From NCBI RefSeq assembly GCF_000150275.1, contig NW_002060949.1, positions 4,400,319-4,464,318 of the forward strand: a DNA stretch of 64,000 bases. The letters run 5' to 3'. Position 1 is the first letter of the stretch. The number at the start of each line of letters is the position of its first letter. The notes beneath the pieces are model-generated. The model ran no database searches, was not told the DNA's origin, and was given only the letters and a program-made list of their open reading frames with translations. This DNA is from Trichoplax adhaerens. Its lineage: Eukaryota > Animalia > Placozoa. The translations under genes were made by a program, and so were the position numbers. Positions 14,584 to 27,800 of this stretch are shown piece by piece.

Positions 14584-16180
14584 TTAGAAAACACCCTGTA
14601 GTAATTCCTGAGTTATAGCTCTAGCGTAGATTCTTAGTATTCGAAATAAAAGGACAAAGTCCTGCGTCCCAAATATAGTGTCCGATAGAGCAAATCCTAA
14701 GGTGGAAGGAATAAACCCACGACCATATTCTACCATCCAAGTATTCGGACTCCATTGTACTGCAGTGACTTCACCTATCTCATGTATAACTGTTGTCCCG
14801 GGACGATGAACATTGCTGAACGTCGTACCTTCCTTCCATTGACGAAATGATCCGCTCAGAATAGTATCGGATATCGTAGCCCAATAACGACCTGCAAAGA
14901 CAGAAAAAATTAATGTGCTGACCGGTAATTTTACAATATTGTCATTACAACTTCTTTATATCGGCTAACATTCAATCAATCATAAATCTATCCAGTGTCT
15001 CAGTGTGCCTTATAGCTACCACTGTATGACAAAATTTAAAAACTAACGCATAACATTAGCCCTAGTTAATGGAATATACAGTACCAGAATGTCCAGATGT
15101 ATCAATTGCAGTTCCAAACACCAACACATATTCAGTGATGGATGCATGCAGTAAGTAAAATGATCCCATCCAACCACCACAATTAATAAATATCCATTCA
15201 GATTCTTCTAAAATATGGCGGGGATAACGAATTTTTAGCTCTGCTGTTACGTTAGCCAATGCATCATCGATTGGCATGCCTGCGATTACAATAAGGAAAT
15301 GATACATTAATTAGTTATTAGGATAGAGGACATTGGGCGGCCATACCGTAGATCGTAAGAATAGGATTAACTGGTTACTCATTGTCAATTCTCTATTATA
15401 GTGTAACGATGAACTTATCCATAGCTATATTAAACGTGAGTACTAACAATATAGTACGCGTAGTTATTGCAGTCAATAAAACTGATTACGGTCATAAAAT
15501 AATTGTAGTATCGGTTGTTTTGTCTTTGCTACGTAAATAATACCGTATAAAACGAACAATTAAGTTAATAACTAGTCACAAGCATACAAGCTCGTACTAA
15601 AAATTAATCCACTATATTATACGTCTACTGCTGTAGTTGATCATTACGTGGTTATTCACAACCTACAACGTATACATAAAATATTCAGTAAGCTAATCTT
15701 GTCTCGCGGAATTTACTTTTATGTCTGTCAAGACTACACGAAAGCAATATTGAATTCATTCAGAAGTTATACTGATTAGAATACTCGATAATATTATACG
15801 AGTACATACAGTACAATAATCAGAGTAAAATCATATGCATATGATATACATAGTGCGAAGGGACAGAGGTAATTAAATCTATAATGTAAAGTAAAAAAGT
15901 GCAAATAATTACATTATATTATATAACATAATAATTATAAATAATAATCATAGTACGCGAAATATGATGAGCAAAGATTGGGCAGGTTTAGTGCAGCAGG
16001 TCATACATTAGTACAGTAGCTGCATATGCGTATGTAGGTACCTACGGCTTTCTTAGCGACTTCCGCTATTTCATCATGGCTAAAGAGATAGCTTTTGTTA
16101 TCAAGCCATCTTTGCGTAATGATTGCTATTGCTGCGATGGAAATAACTACTAAAAGACTTCCTTTTATAAGACCAGCCAT
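14584..16180 (-). CDS. SIGMAR1: Sigma-1 receptor (ERG2/sigma-1 family), 3 exons, 213 aa
   Basis: Exons 16042-16180, 15085-15279 and 14584-14891 join in frame (642 nt). N-terminal TM segment, [51 protein letters not shown], and [23 protein letters not shown] are family signatures. Confidence 0.96.
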
Positions 16181-16558
16181 GATGAACCTTCACTTGGCAC
16201 AATTAAACCTAGTAGATTAAAACATTTTCAGCGATCGACCGGCACCAGCTTCGCAAGCTAAGACCTTCTTGATACGGACAGCATTACACAATGGTGCAGT
16301 TGTACACTGTACTGTACAGTATGATGATAGAGGCGGAAAGAAAGAAAAACGTACAGTACAGTACTACAATACGTACAGTACAGTATTGCACTGTACACTG
16401 TACTGCACCGTACAATACGATACTACTGTATTGTGATCTCTTGTAGCTGTACTGTGTATAATACAGTACGGTACTATGAGTCTACTGTATGACCGTGTTA
16501 CAACTTACTCGAGCCTACGGCGCTAGTTATCCACTAGGCACAGTGGAGGATTGGACAC
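16181..16558. promoter_or_regulatory. Probable bidirectional promoter between SIGMAR1 and EIF3H, containing a TACAG/TACTG island (~16300-16490)
   Basis: Divergent ATGs are only 378 bp apart, with a dense pentamer mosaic between them. Confidence 0.7.
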
Positions 16559-18879
16559 ATGGCGGATTACAAGATGAGCAGGGCTGAAATTGATGTCCCC
16601 ATCAAGAAAGTCTCGATAGATGGCCAAGTAAGTCTTTATCATACCATAGCACGTACTTCTCGATTGTGAGGAAGTTGAGAATGAACTATATTCTCAATTT
16701 GTGATGGACCCGTAATTAAAGTAAATCAAGTCTTCAACTCCTTAATCCTAAAACGATCCAGTAATTAGTACTCGCTCAACAGCTTCTATACTCTTATTGA
16801 AATTTCAATTGTACATGAATATTTTCATGTACTTCTTTCTAGTATATATCGACTCCTTTCACAGAAAAATTTTAACTTTTTATCTTCGATAACTTGGAAT
16901 ACAAAAATAGAAACAATACAATTTTAGTACTCTGCTCCAAGTGGTTAATTAGGAAAAATTATCGTAACCGATCATACACGTAAACTGGATGCGCATACTT
17001 TACCGTACCATGATCACTATCAGATGAAGCAAGAGAATAATTAACTACCCTTTACTTGGTGCATCAAATATAACCAATATGTATATATCAATGTACAAAT
17101 AGAAAGCGTACTTCCATCTTTTTTCCTTTCTCATTGCTGAGTCGATCTATTCTGTGTGTCAATGACGTACTGGTGAGTGTTATAGTGTAGTAGACTTCGG
17201 ATCAACTTGACCCGAGAATTCTTCTAATAAAGTATGCTATCACCTATAGTGCGAATACTCGATACATCTTGTGTCGTAGTTCTATTGAGTGCTGTATTTC
17301 TAAAACATGAAACACTATTCTTAAATTTTACACTAAATTGACCAACGGTCAATATCATTGTGTCATCGATGACAAATCTTAACTGTCATTACAGTAATCC
17401 TCTATTGAATGTATTGCAAAATACGTATATTGAAGCACAACTCACTTCGATTATTTGTAGTGTTAATTATTAATCCGTATTACCAATAGGTAATCTTACA
17501 AATTATCAGACACTGCCAGAGTGAGCGAGATAGCACTGATTTGGCACAAGGTGTCTTGCTTGGCATGCTGGTCGATAATTGTACAGAAGTCACCTACTGT
17601 TTTCCATTCCCGGAATTTACCGAAGCAGATACTGATAACGGTAAGAGAATATATCAATAGAAAATAAAATTGATGGTACTATGTAGTTAACTTACCATGA
17701 TGTTCTTATTCTATATCCCTATAGACATTGAAATGTATCAACTGGATATGATGAAGTATTTACGATCTATAAATATGGATCACATGCAAGTCGGATGGTA
17801 CAGAGCTAGTCCTTTCGATTTAAATGTCATCAAAGACATGTTGGACTCCCAATATACGTACCAAAAACAAATCCATGAATCTGTTGGTCTACTATTCGGT
17901 ACAAAATCCCTACTATGATCGTTTGTTTGATTGTTTTATTAGTAACGATAATAATCCAACATATTGTATTGTACAGTACATGCCCAATGTAATTCGGTTA
18001 TAGCAATGGAGTAATAATCCTATCCTTTCAATTGACTATGGTTTATCCTCACTATTAAAATGTTCATAGATCCAATTAAAGCAGCTCAAGGTAACTTATC
18101 CATGAAAGCTTATAGATTATCTTCCAAAGTCATGGAAATGTACGGTCAAGGAAGTACCGAATTTACCGTAAACAGGTGAATTTGATGATATCAGTTAAGG
18201 CAGGAAAGTACCATCGCTATTTGTAACATCCACACTTTATAAATTTACATAGTATATTAGCAGCTGGGCTGAGTTACGAAAATATATTTGAGGAAATTCC
18301 TGTAGAAATTCGAAACTCTAGCTTGTGCAACGTGTATTTGGCGCAACTAAAACTGAATCACTCGTCAGCACCCACAAGCTACTTGACTCTAGGAACAGAG
18401 TACGTAAAATACGTAATATTGTCATAGACATGGTATATATATTGATCATTCAATAATATTCTTTACTGATATCATCCTTTGTAGCTCACATTTGGAAAAG
18501 TCCCTACGATTGCTTTCGGAAAGCCTAGACGAATTACATCAAGAAGCTGGAAAATTATCAGTATACCATAAGACACTAAGGATGCACCATCAAAAGCAGC
18601 AGTCTTTACTGAAAAAGGTGAATTAATAATACTACTGATTACAGTTGCTTTCTGAGATCTTATATTGACTATTTTCAAATTTCCTAGCGAGGAGATAATG
18701 CAAAGGCACGTGATGATGACGACTCAAAACAGAATCGACCCCCTCCAGCTCCTTATCGACTAGATAATCTTTTGGTTGCCAACCAAACGAATAAATTTTG
18801 CCAAGAATTGAATCAGTATGTTTCACAGAGCTTCAGCAAACTATTTCTAGCAGAAGCTCTTGAAAATAATGAAAGTTAG
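16559..18879 (+). CDS. EIF3H: Eukaryotic translation initiation factor 3 subunit H, 7 exons, 323 aa
   Basis: Exons 16559-16627, 17490-17640, 17725-17898, 18070-18175, 18253-18399, 18485-18617 and 18688-18879 join in frame (972 nt). MPN motifs IDGQVILQIIRHC, AQGVLLG, EVTYCFPFP and YQLDMMKYLRSINMDHMQVGWY; C-terminal RLDNLLVANQ...SKLFLAEAL. Confidence 0.95.
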
Positions 18880-21800
18880 GCTAAAAAACGTCCTTCAACA
18901 TAATACCACACTATGTGTTATATATATATATATATACTATCGTAGTTGTTTATCAATAAAAACCTATTCCAAGTAAAATGTATCATGCGGTATTTTATGT
19001 TGTTGCTAAAAATAATTAAGCGTCGAAAATAGTTAATTCGGGGATAACTATCTAAACAGCGATTAGGTAATGACATTTTAGTTAAGTTGATATCAGTATC
19101 AGCTACAAGTCACTCTTTTCGAACTTGAGATAATCATTTAATAGGCATACAAGAAATTTTTAAAAGCATAGGATTACCACAATCTGCATCTTTATTTTCT
19201 GGATGAATGGGATACTACCATCCAATATAAATAAATATTAAATTTACTATAAATTTAAAAAGTGTACTGCTGTGTACTTCGATACCTGTAACATCAGGAA
19301 CAATCCTAACGCCATAACGTATATTCTTATACACACAAAACTCTAGATCGCTAATTTTTGAAATGATTATAATATACACGAAATATATTTATTGAGAACT
19401 TTGACTAGAAACCAACACATTAGTTAGATATCTATCGGCAACAACAAGAATAATTATCAAGTTTGTAGTTGTCGCACCACTTAAAGATTTTATCATTCTT
19501 AGCCTCCGTAATTGACGGCAAACTGTGGGTATATCCTGACATTTTTGCACATAAGATTTAATAATTTTAAAAATGAATGAAAAGCCTATTACTTGACTTA
19601 TTTTTCTCAAAAACTCCATTCAATAGAATGAAGGAAACCTACGGGCGAAAGATTGCCAAACTATAAAAGATTTCACGGTCAATAAGCTTGATTCTCATTT
19701 ATTTTGATCGTCAGCCTGATAAATATATATATGATACAGTAAAGCATTAATATCTAAAATTTAATAACCTTTCCCAACTCATGACAGCAATCTAAGGGCT
19801 TATACTAAAATAACATTACTCACCACCAATTTCAGCGGTTTAATTGGAAATAGTTCATACTTGAGATATCGCATCAAATATCAGATTTAATTTTATTAGA
19901 CTGGAGTGCATTTCTTTTATGAATGAAAGATCATATCATAAAAAGTATTTGCAGGACAGCTTACCAAAAATTAAATAGTAAACGTATAATCAAGTAGGTA
20001 AATAATAACAGCTACACATATACTCTCATCATACTAATGATAAAATAAAAATTACATAGAAATGTAGAGCATAGCTGGAATAGATTATTAAGCAATAAGT
20101 GAGGATATAAAAATGGTTGTTACGCAGCAAATATTAAGTGTAGAACGACTCCATAAATAAATATGTATAGGAAGAGTATAAGATAAATATATTAACACGA
20201 ATTAAGAGAATAGTCTCGCGCCTAGAGTAAAATTAGGTTATCCATTTAATGTAGAGCCATTGGCTGAAGAATAGGTCACGACTATGAGAGGGGATACCTG
20301 GATGGACGAGCGAATCTCATACTGAAGCTTAGAGTCGTGTCTACGAAAATAGTACAGTTAGACTAGCTATCGGACTTACTGCTGTACTTAAAAAGTATTC
20401 TAAATTTTTTACATTGTAATAAACTGATTTTAACCTATACACTTCTTGGCCTTCTTATAGTTATCGGTAATTACCAAAAAGTGGAAGTATAGTTTGGAAT
20501 TAGCTTGTTACAATAAAGTAATTGCGATAACTTATTACCTAACTACGTTATCTTCTTCAGTTTATTCAGGAAGATTTTATGCTGTATTTTACTAAGAGTA
20601 TCTTTACTAGTAAGTAAATATCTATCTAGGACTCGGTTTTACTCTACCGTATGCAAACCGAAATAGGTAAAATTTATTAAATCGGCGATAAAGAAACTAT
20701 TCTATCATTCGCATCCAAATTTGTCTTAGAAAATATAATTCGAAGCAATTTCTAAACAGTATTTCGCTTGAAAATTTTTTAAAGCGATATAAATAGGACT
20801 TCATTACATTACTTTAAAATCAATCTCAAAAGCAGTACTACTGCACTTACCATTTAATCACGTATTCTTATCATGCTCTATCTATCACAATTTGGTTAAA
20901 ATCTTAAAGTAGCCTGGCCCATGTTTCAAAAGCATCCGATGATTAAAGTTCTCTATAAAATTATTCCTGAGTACAATAGTTCATGCATAGATGACTATTA
21001 AACTTTATTCCCTGCGTCAAAATTAGCATAAGTATATTGACGGCTAACACTATGAAAGGGGTTGCTTACTATATTATAGCAGATTTAAGCTATTGGTCAT
21101 CAGTGTAATTAAATTATTCAATTTTTTAGCTAATTTTTATTACCGATGTCATTAATAGACCTTTTACAGTAGACTATGCATACTTTATCTTGATGTGCAC
21201 ATTTTCTTTATTGCCCTAACAATTTTGGTACCAAAAGTGAAGTAAACCCTTTGTATCGCATGATGGATTAGTCTTCTATTAAAGCCTACTAGCGGGCTCT
21301 AAGTTATCAATTGTGTTTGAATCTGGTATGGAAGAAAAAATAGCACTGATATCAGGCTCCTTTTAGGTCTGAATAGCTAAAATTTAAAGAAATGGATCCT
21401 TATTATCTAATTTAACAGATTTGAACAAATTACACGGAATAGCTTTTTTCTGTACCGATAGAAAGAAATTGACGGATCTAATTAATTAATATAGAATTAA
21501 ACGTCCAGAAATATGCAATATATCGCGATCCTATCGAGTATTAATAGTAACTATACGCAATGACAAAAGTATCATTGATGAACTGAGGTAATAACGTCGA
21601 ACGATTACGTTTAATAGTTCAATTCTAATACTTTAATTTTAAAAACTAAATTTCCTCCTGGATCATAAAATTTAAGAGATAGTATTCACAATACATTATC
21701 AGATAGCAACTACATTATATCAATTCATTCTGTGATGCGATTTGAGGGTATTTAGGCATAATTTGGTTATTTACTAAACCATCTTACCATACAACTAATA

Positions 21801-24800
21801 TAAGAGCTTAGTTGCTAATACTAGAATTTCATTATTATGATGATAAACTAATGTAAGAACTTTTAGATAATGACACTTGATGGCTCAATTCTAACACATT
21901 ATTTAAATCTAAATTACTATATAAGTATTACAATTCAGGTAATTACATTTACAAATCATTAACAGTAACTGCATCAATAAATCACCGTAGAAAGCTATGT
22001 ACATTTTAAAATACTTTAGCTTGCTAATAATAATAATAATATTAATAATAACATAAATACTAAATATAAATACAAATAATAATAAAATAAAAACGATGAT
22101 AATAATATTTTAGCTTGCTTCTCGCTCCATTAAACTTAATTTTCAAAAATAATTTCGTTATTTGACTATTGCACTACCATGAATTCAATTAAATTTTAAA
22201 ATATTTCTCAAAATTTAATCAAAAATAGTGATAGTAAACATGTTCACTCGCTATTGCTAATCCGTATGGTTATACTGTTATCTCAAATTATTTTTGCTAT
22301 ACTAATCTATTTAAAATGTGTACTCCATCATAAGCGTTTAAAGTAATTCTACGCGTGAAATATTCTATAATACAATTCACGTACAATACATCAACATCAT
22401 TATATTTTTAATACTCTACACTATGAATTTAAATCCATTCTAAACTGACTTTCGACGGTCATCAGTAAGCTAGGTTCCACGGAATGATATATGGCATCTA
22501 TGGGTAAATCCTTTTGTTGCTAGCCATAAAAAGGAAGAATTGACGTAAGCTGTTTTGTAATGTTGACGGAATATTATGATGGTACTTTGAAAATCCTAAA
22601 ATACAGTAGATAATCTTAGAGACAGAATAGCAACTCTAAATATTGATTTATTTCAATATGACAAATACCTATTATTGCTCACACTTAATAATAGACAAAA
22701 ATTTATATATGGTCAAAAAATAATAAAAAATTCGCTCAGTAATAGTGGATGGCATGTAATCGAAAGCATTGTAATTTACTCCCGTTTTTCTTAATCATAA
22801 TTAACAATAACTCTAAAGACAACTTCAACAATTTATCATACTTAAGAGCCTTCGTGCAGATGTGCTATCTTGACGAATATTAAAATAAAGAGAGAAAAGA
22901 ATAGACATGCAAAATCCAAACAATAAAAGACTACTTCGGTATTCTTTTAACGTCTTGAAAATATAGACGAAATATGCAGTTGGAATTTATTGTTCAAGCT
23001 ATTTTTACAAACAATTAAAAGATTATTTTTTTAAAAACATCTGTGACATAACTAACGTAACTAACGTATGAATACCAATCTATACCACTTAAGCTTAATC
23101 TACTTGTAAGAGCTAGTTTTATATTTTAATGTGAATTAATAAATTTAAAATCTATCTCAAGGCCGCTATTACTTATAACCTTTTATATATCTAAATCTTT
23201 GGCTATAATAGGAAGGATTCAATTTTCTAGGTTGCCATTATATTTTAATATAATATCAATTACATCATTAGCCTATTATCGAAATGTAGAAATTCTAATA
23301 GGATAAGATAATAACAAGAGATTAGATCTTAACTATTATAAGAATTTTAGTAAATATAAACAAAAACAAACTTCTAAAACAGGAATTCAGTTGTATCCTA
23401 AGTTGCATAATTGAATCAACTATACAATTAATTTCACTGATTATATGCTTTGCATTCACTCATATGTACGCGCAAGAAATAAGTAATATCATAAAAAATT
23501 TGAGGTTATACACTTAGAAATAGTAATAATGATGAATTTTAGGGGATAAAGAATACTTAATTAAAGTTTAATTTAAAGTTCTCAAACTATAGACTCACCA
23601 ACATTCGGATGTGTCTATCAAGCCGTTAGTATATCATATTTATAATAGTATTTTGCTCTTAATCAGTTTACCGCATCAAACGGTCCATATATTGTACTAT
23701 GTTAATCTATCCTACACATACCGTAGATAGTCTATGAAAAAGGAAAGCTCTGTTTTATCCTATCATCAAATTTAATTATCATGCACACTTTTCAATAACC
23801 TATATGAGCACAATGATAAGTATTCATAAGATGATGAATAAGGATTGATTTAGTAATCTAGAAATATCGCATCTGTGGGACGATAATTACTTTTTAGATG
23901 TATTAAAACTACTACGGAAGATTAAAGCGCTAATCACTAACCTTTGCTATTATGGATCAATTATCTTTATCAGAATGACAAATTGATATCCCATACGTTT
24001 TCTTTGGCGTCAAACAATCTGTAACATTGAAGATAAATTCTATCCATTTCGTTAACTTTATTGACCAATCTATTTATTTATATCATTCATTATTACACTG
24101 TATTATCAGAAAATTTGCGAATGAACATATATAACATATTTATGTCTATACAACAATATATACTTATTCGATGTGCTAATTCAGCATGCTGTGTATACAA
24201 TAAAAAATTATTTTATCAACGTAATACTTATAACATTTAATATAATATAAACTAAGTAAGTTAAAGTAAAAAGAAGGAATGACGATCATTTATAATAATA
24301 GAATTGTAGGGAAGTGACGTTAAGTCATATTGACGCAGATACTAAGTTGTACTGATGTCTAATAAATTGGTGAGTACATGATGATACGGTCAACTGTAAT
24401 AGGTCGAGCTATTACAAGAACATAATAAAAATTAATATTAGAGTAATGATCGTACTGTACCTTTATTCAATTTTTCATTAATTTCATTGATTTATGCCTG
24501 CTAAGAACTAATCAGTGGGTTTTAATATTATTGTTAAAATAAAATTATCCTGGTAAAATGAATCATTCCTCGTCTAAAATTTAAAACATCTGCTATCATT
24601 CCTATCTAAGTATTTATAAAATTTTCTTTTAGTGTTTTTCAAAACAATTGCGATAAGATCTTAATTTTCTTCTTCCGTATCGTTATTATGCAGTAATAAA
24701 TGCTTGAATAGCATCCTAATTCATCCATTGCATACTGGTACTATAAATACGATGAAATGATCCGCTCTAAATAGTATTCACCTAAATAAGTTGCCAGCTT

Positions 24801-27800
24801 TTATTCCAGATTTACAAAAGTCATAGATTGTTAAGAGAAAAAATAAAGACGTTATCACCTTATTCTTTTTTTATTATTCGATTAATCTTTGTAGACATTC
24901 CATTAACTTCGAATCATCAGTAAATAAATTATCATAATTTTTATTACCTTTTCTAATCAACTTTTCGTAGTATTTTAGACACTAAACTATCAATAAAATA
25001 TAAATATTGATAGCAATAAAGCTATCAGTTTGAAAGATTTCCCATTCATGCTGTTATCAGTAATTATTTGAATAAAAGAACATCAATTTTACAACCTAAT
25101 CTATCCGATATTGAAATTATCTGAAATGAGATTCTTTAATAGAAGGGAAAGAATTCTTTTCATCAGATAGTAATCGAAAGTGAAATGTAAATTAATAAAT
25201 CCCAAACTTAATTTATAACCTGACGTGATTTACATTAAATTCTTGGTTATGTTATTACGACACATACCGTCTCTATTTGTATCATGTCCTAATTACGATG
25301 AAGAATAGGAATAAGAAAAAAGTAAATATATTTTTATATTTACAGGGCTTTACGAGTTAAAACCTTTTTACCAAGATATTTGTACTACTTTTTATCTATC
25401 ATTTCCAAACAATAGCTGTATTGATTTATTGCAGCTGTTATCGGTAGTTATAGAAAGAAAACAATGTTATCAATTAAGAAGTGAGTCAGAGGAAGTCCCA
25501 TACATTATCCTGTTCTAGATAAAAGCAATACCTTTCTATCAACTTTGAATTATCATAGATAAGCACCTGTCGATTAAAAAAATAGGTAATCCATTGATAA
25601 TTTAATTACAATAGCAAAAAGGATTCCAAAATTTCTCTGATCTTGTATTTAACTCAAAATTATAGGATAATAAACTATAATATAAGCAACTGAAATACCA
25701 AAACCAGCAAAACACTATCAAAAGAAAGTACATATATAAGCCAATCATAGTGTAAAATATTGTAGTCTAATTCAATGGTTACTTGAATGAAACCTTCTTT
25801 TCATATTCCTTATTTTTTCATTAATCCCAATATGTGAAAGACAATTATTTTTTAAGTTTATATTTTGTATAGAATTAACAGATTAATATCATGTTTGTTT
25901 ATCGTGTCTATCCTCGTATAAACAAATTGGATAGACTAACACATTATCATAATTCCATAATTACTTTAAACAATATTATTACTGCCGAAACAACATTGCA
26001 ACTGTTTAAATTTAATTTTCCGCTTGAATGAATGTAATTCGTAATAGCAACATAAGTGCTACCTCGGTTTTGGTATACTGCAGATGTATGTTAATAAAGT
26101 TGAATCCAACCGATATTTTACCTCTATCAAAATCGAGGACTCATTTCTTAATTTAAAGGCGCTTTCAAACTTACGTTTTTCAATAGGTTCTTGCATTTTC
26201 GACAATAGATATTAGATAATATGAAGTATGCTGACATCAAAGACTTATTGTCTACATATCCATTAGATTTATATTCAGTAATTATAGGGTCGATAGCCAC
26301 AATACGAATAGAAAAATATATTTTACTAAAGACCACTTTTCATCCAAAAAAATATAAAATTAAATACCCTTGCCACTTTTTTACGGTACTCAGTTTAAAT
26401 ATGATCGAAACGACTACATTCTAAATAAGACTATTTTATCAAGATAAATAGATTAGATAGCTACTATTGCGAATATTGTCCAACAATGCTGAATATCGTA
26501 TCGCAACTGCATTATATATCATTATCAAGAAGTAAACAATAATCTTTGCTGATGAAGATATAATATGATATAATCTATCATAATTAGATCATTAAATTAG
26601 GTTGGAACAGATGATATTACATTAAAAACCGTGCTATAGCATAAAGCGAAATTTATCTACTAGACAATAAATATCATTTTTCACACGGTGAGAATTTATA
26701 TTGTATTTTAGAGAAGATAGAACACCTTAGATTGTCCTATCTTATTTGGGATTGAGTCTATTCTATACCCTCATTTTCTTTGATATTAATATTTTTAACG
26801 GCTGATAAGCTAGAAATAAATAATTTAAATGACGTAAGTTATTCTATGATAAAAACATTTACTTTAGGTAATCAATGGTTTAGCAGTATTCTCCAGATTA
26901 TTTGGAATGAATAAGTCTCGTAATGCAAATTTTTTCAATTGCTCCTCTTATTGTAAATCATATTTTTTTCTTTTTGTATTTTTATGCAGATTTCTACCAT
27001 TACATAAGGTTCAATGGCAATATATAACCATGCATCTCCTATAGTACTTCTGATACTAGCAGTAGAGTGAATAATGAATTTTTATCCAGTTATCAATAGT
27101 ATGAATAGATTCCGACGATAAACCAGCTCAAAGTGTCGTGCAACCTGTCTTTACATGATGTTCTTTCAAGTATTCAACTTTTTTTATTTTTATTTTCTTT
27201 ATAGATACAGTAGCTGTTAGTTAAAGATAATATGAAGATAAATAAATCAATAGTTATTGTGTTTTTAAGGTTTTTAGTTTTCTTTCTCTCAATGAATCTT
27301 CTACTCTTTCCAACTGCCTGATATGGTGAAGAATTCAGAACGGTATTGAAGCCCATCATTGGAGATCAATATACGCGTGTAACACCAATACGATTTTGCA
27401 TTTTAATGAGTTGATATAATCAATATAATCATTAATGAGTGATTCTATTACATAGGTGTTCATTTGCAATCATGTTCTACGTAACAATAGCATTCTTAAT
27501 CGAAGTTAGCTTTTATTCTACGTTGATATCGTCCATATGATATGATAGAGAATAGAAGAGTGTAGAAATGTAGTTAGATAGCCTTTAATATCGTGAACTA
27601 CCTAAATACTATTGTAAATTATTGACAATAACCATCATCCTCATAATAATGATGATGATAGCGTAGATAAGTTGTACGAATAATATTGATTGTTGTTACA
27701 GATAAGACTGGCAAATAGATTAGATAACATGTGCAGATATATCAAGATAATGCAATTACTCAAAGTATTCAAGCGTTAAGTGGCTGTAATATCATGTTGA

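Noticed and set aside
18176-18252. C/D snoRNA in an EIF3H intron (TGATGA present)
   Set aside because: There is no D box (CTGA) or terminal stem in the intron.
18472-18826. Minus-strand ORFs of 64-68 aa
   Set aside because: They are antisense shadows of EIF3H exons 6-7. The same applies to 33016-33207 over AP-2 and to plus-strand ORFs over the spectraplakin.
19135-19716. Exon-like minus-strand segments (SFVCIRIYVMALGLFLMLQ / YPIHPENKDADCGNPMLLKISCMPIK*)
   Set aside because: Splice signals are plausible, but there is no consistent upstream frame and no recognisable homology.
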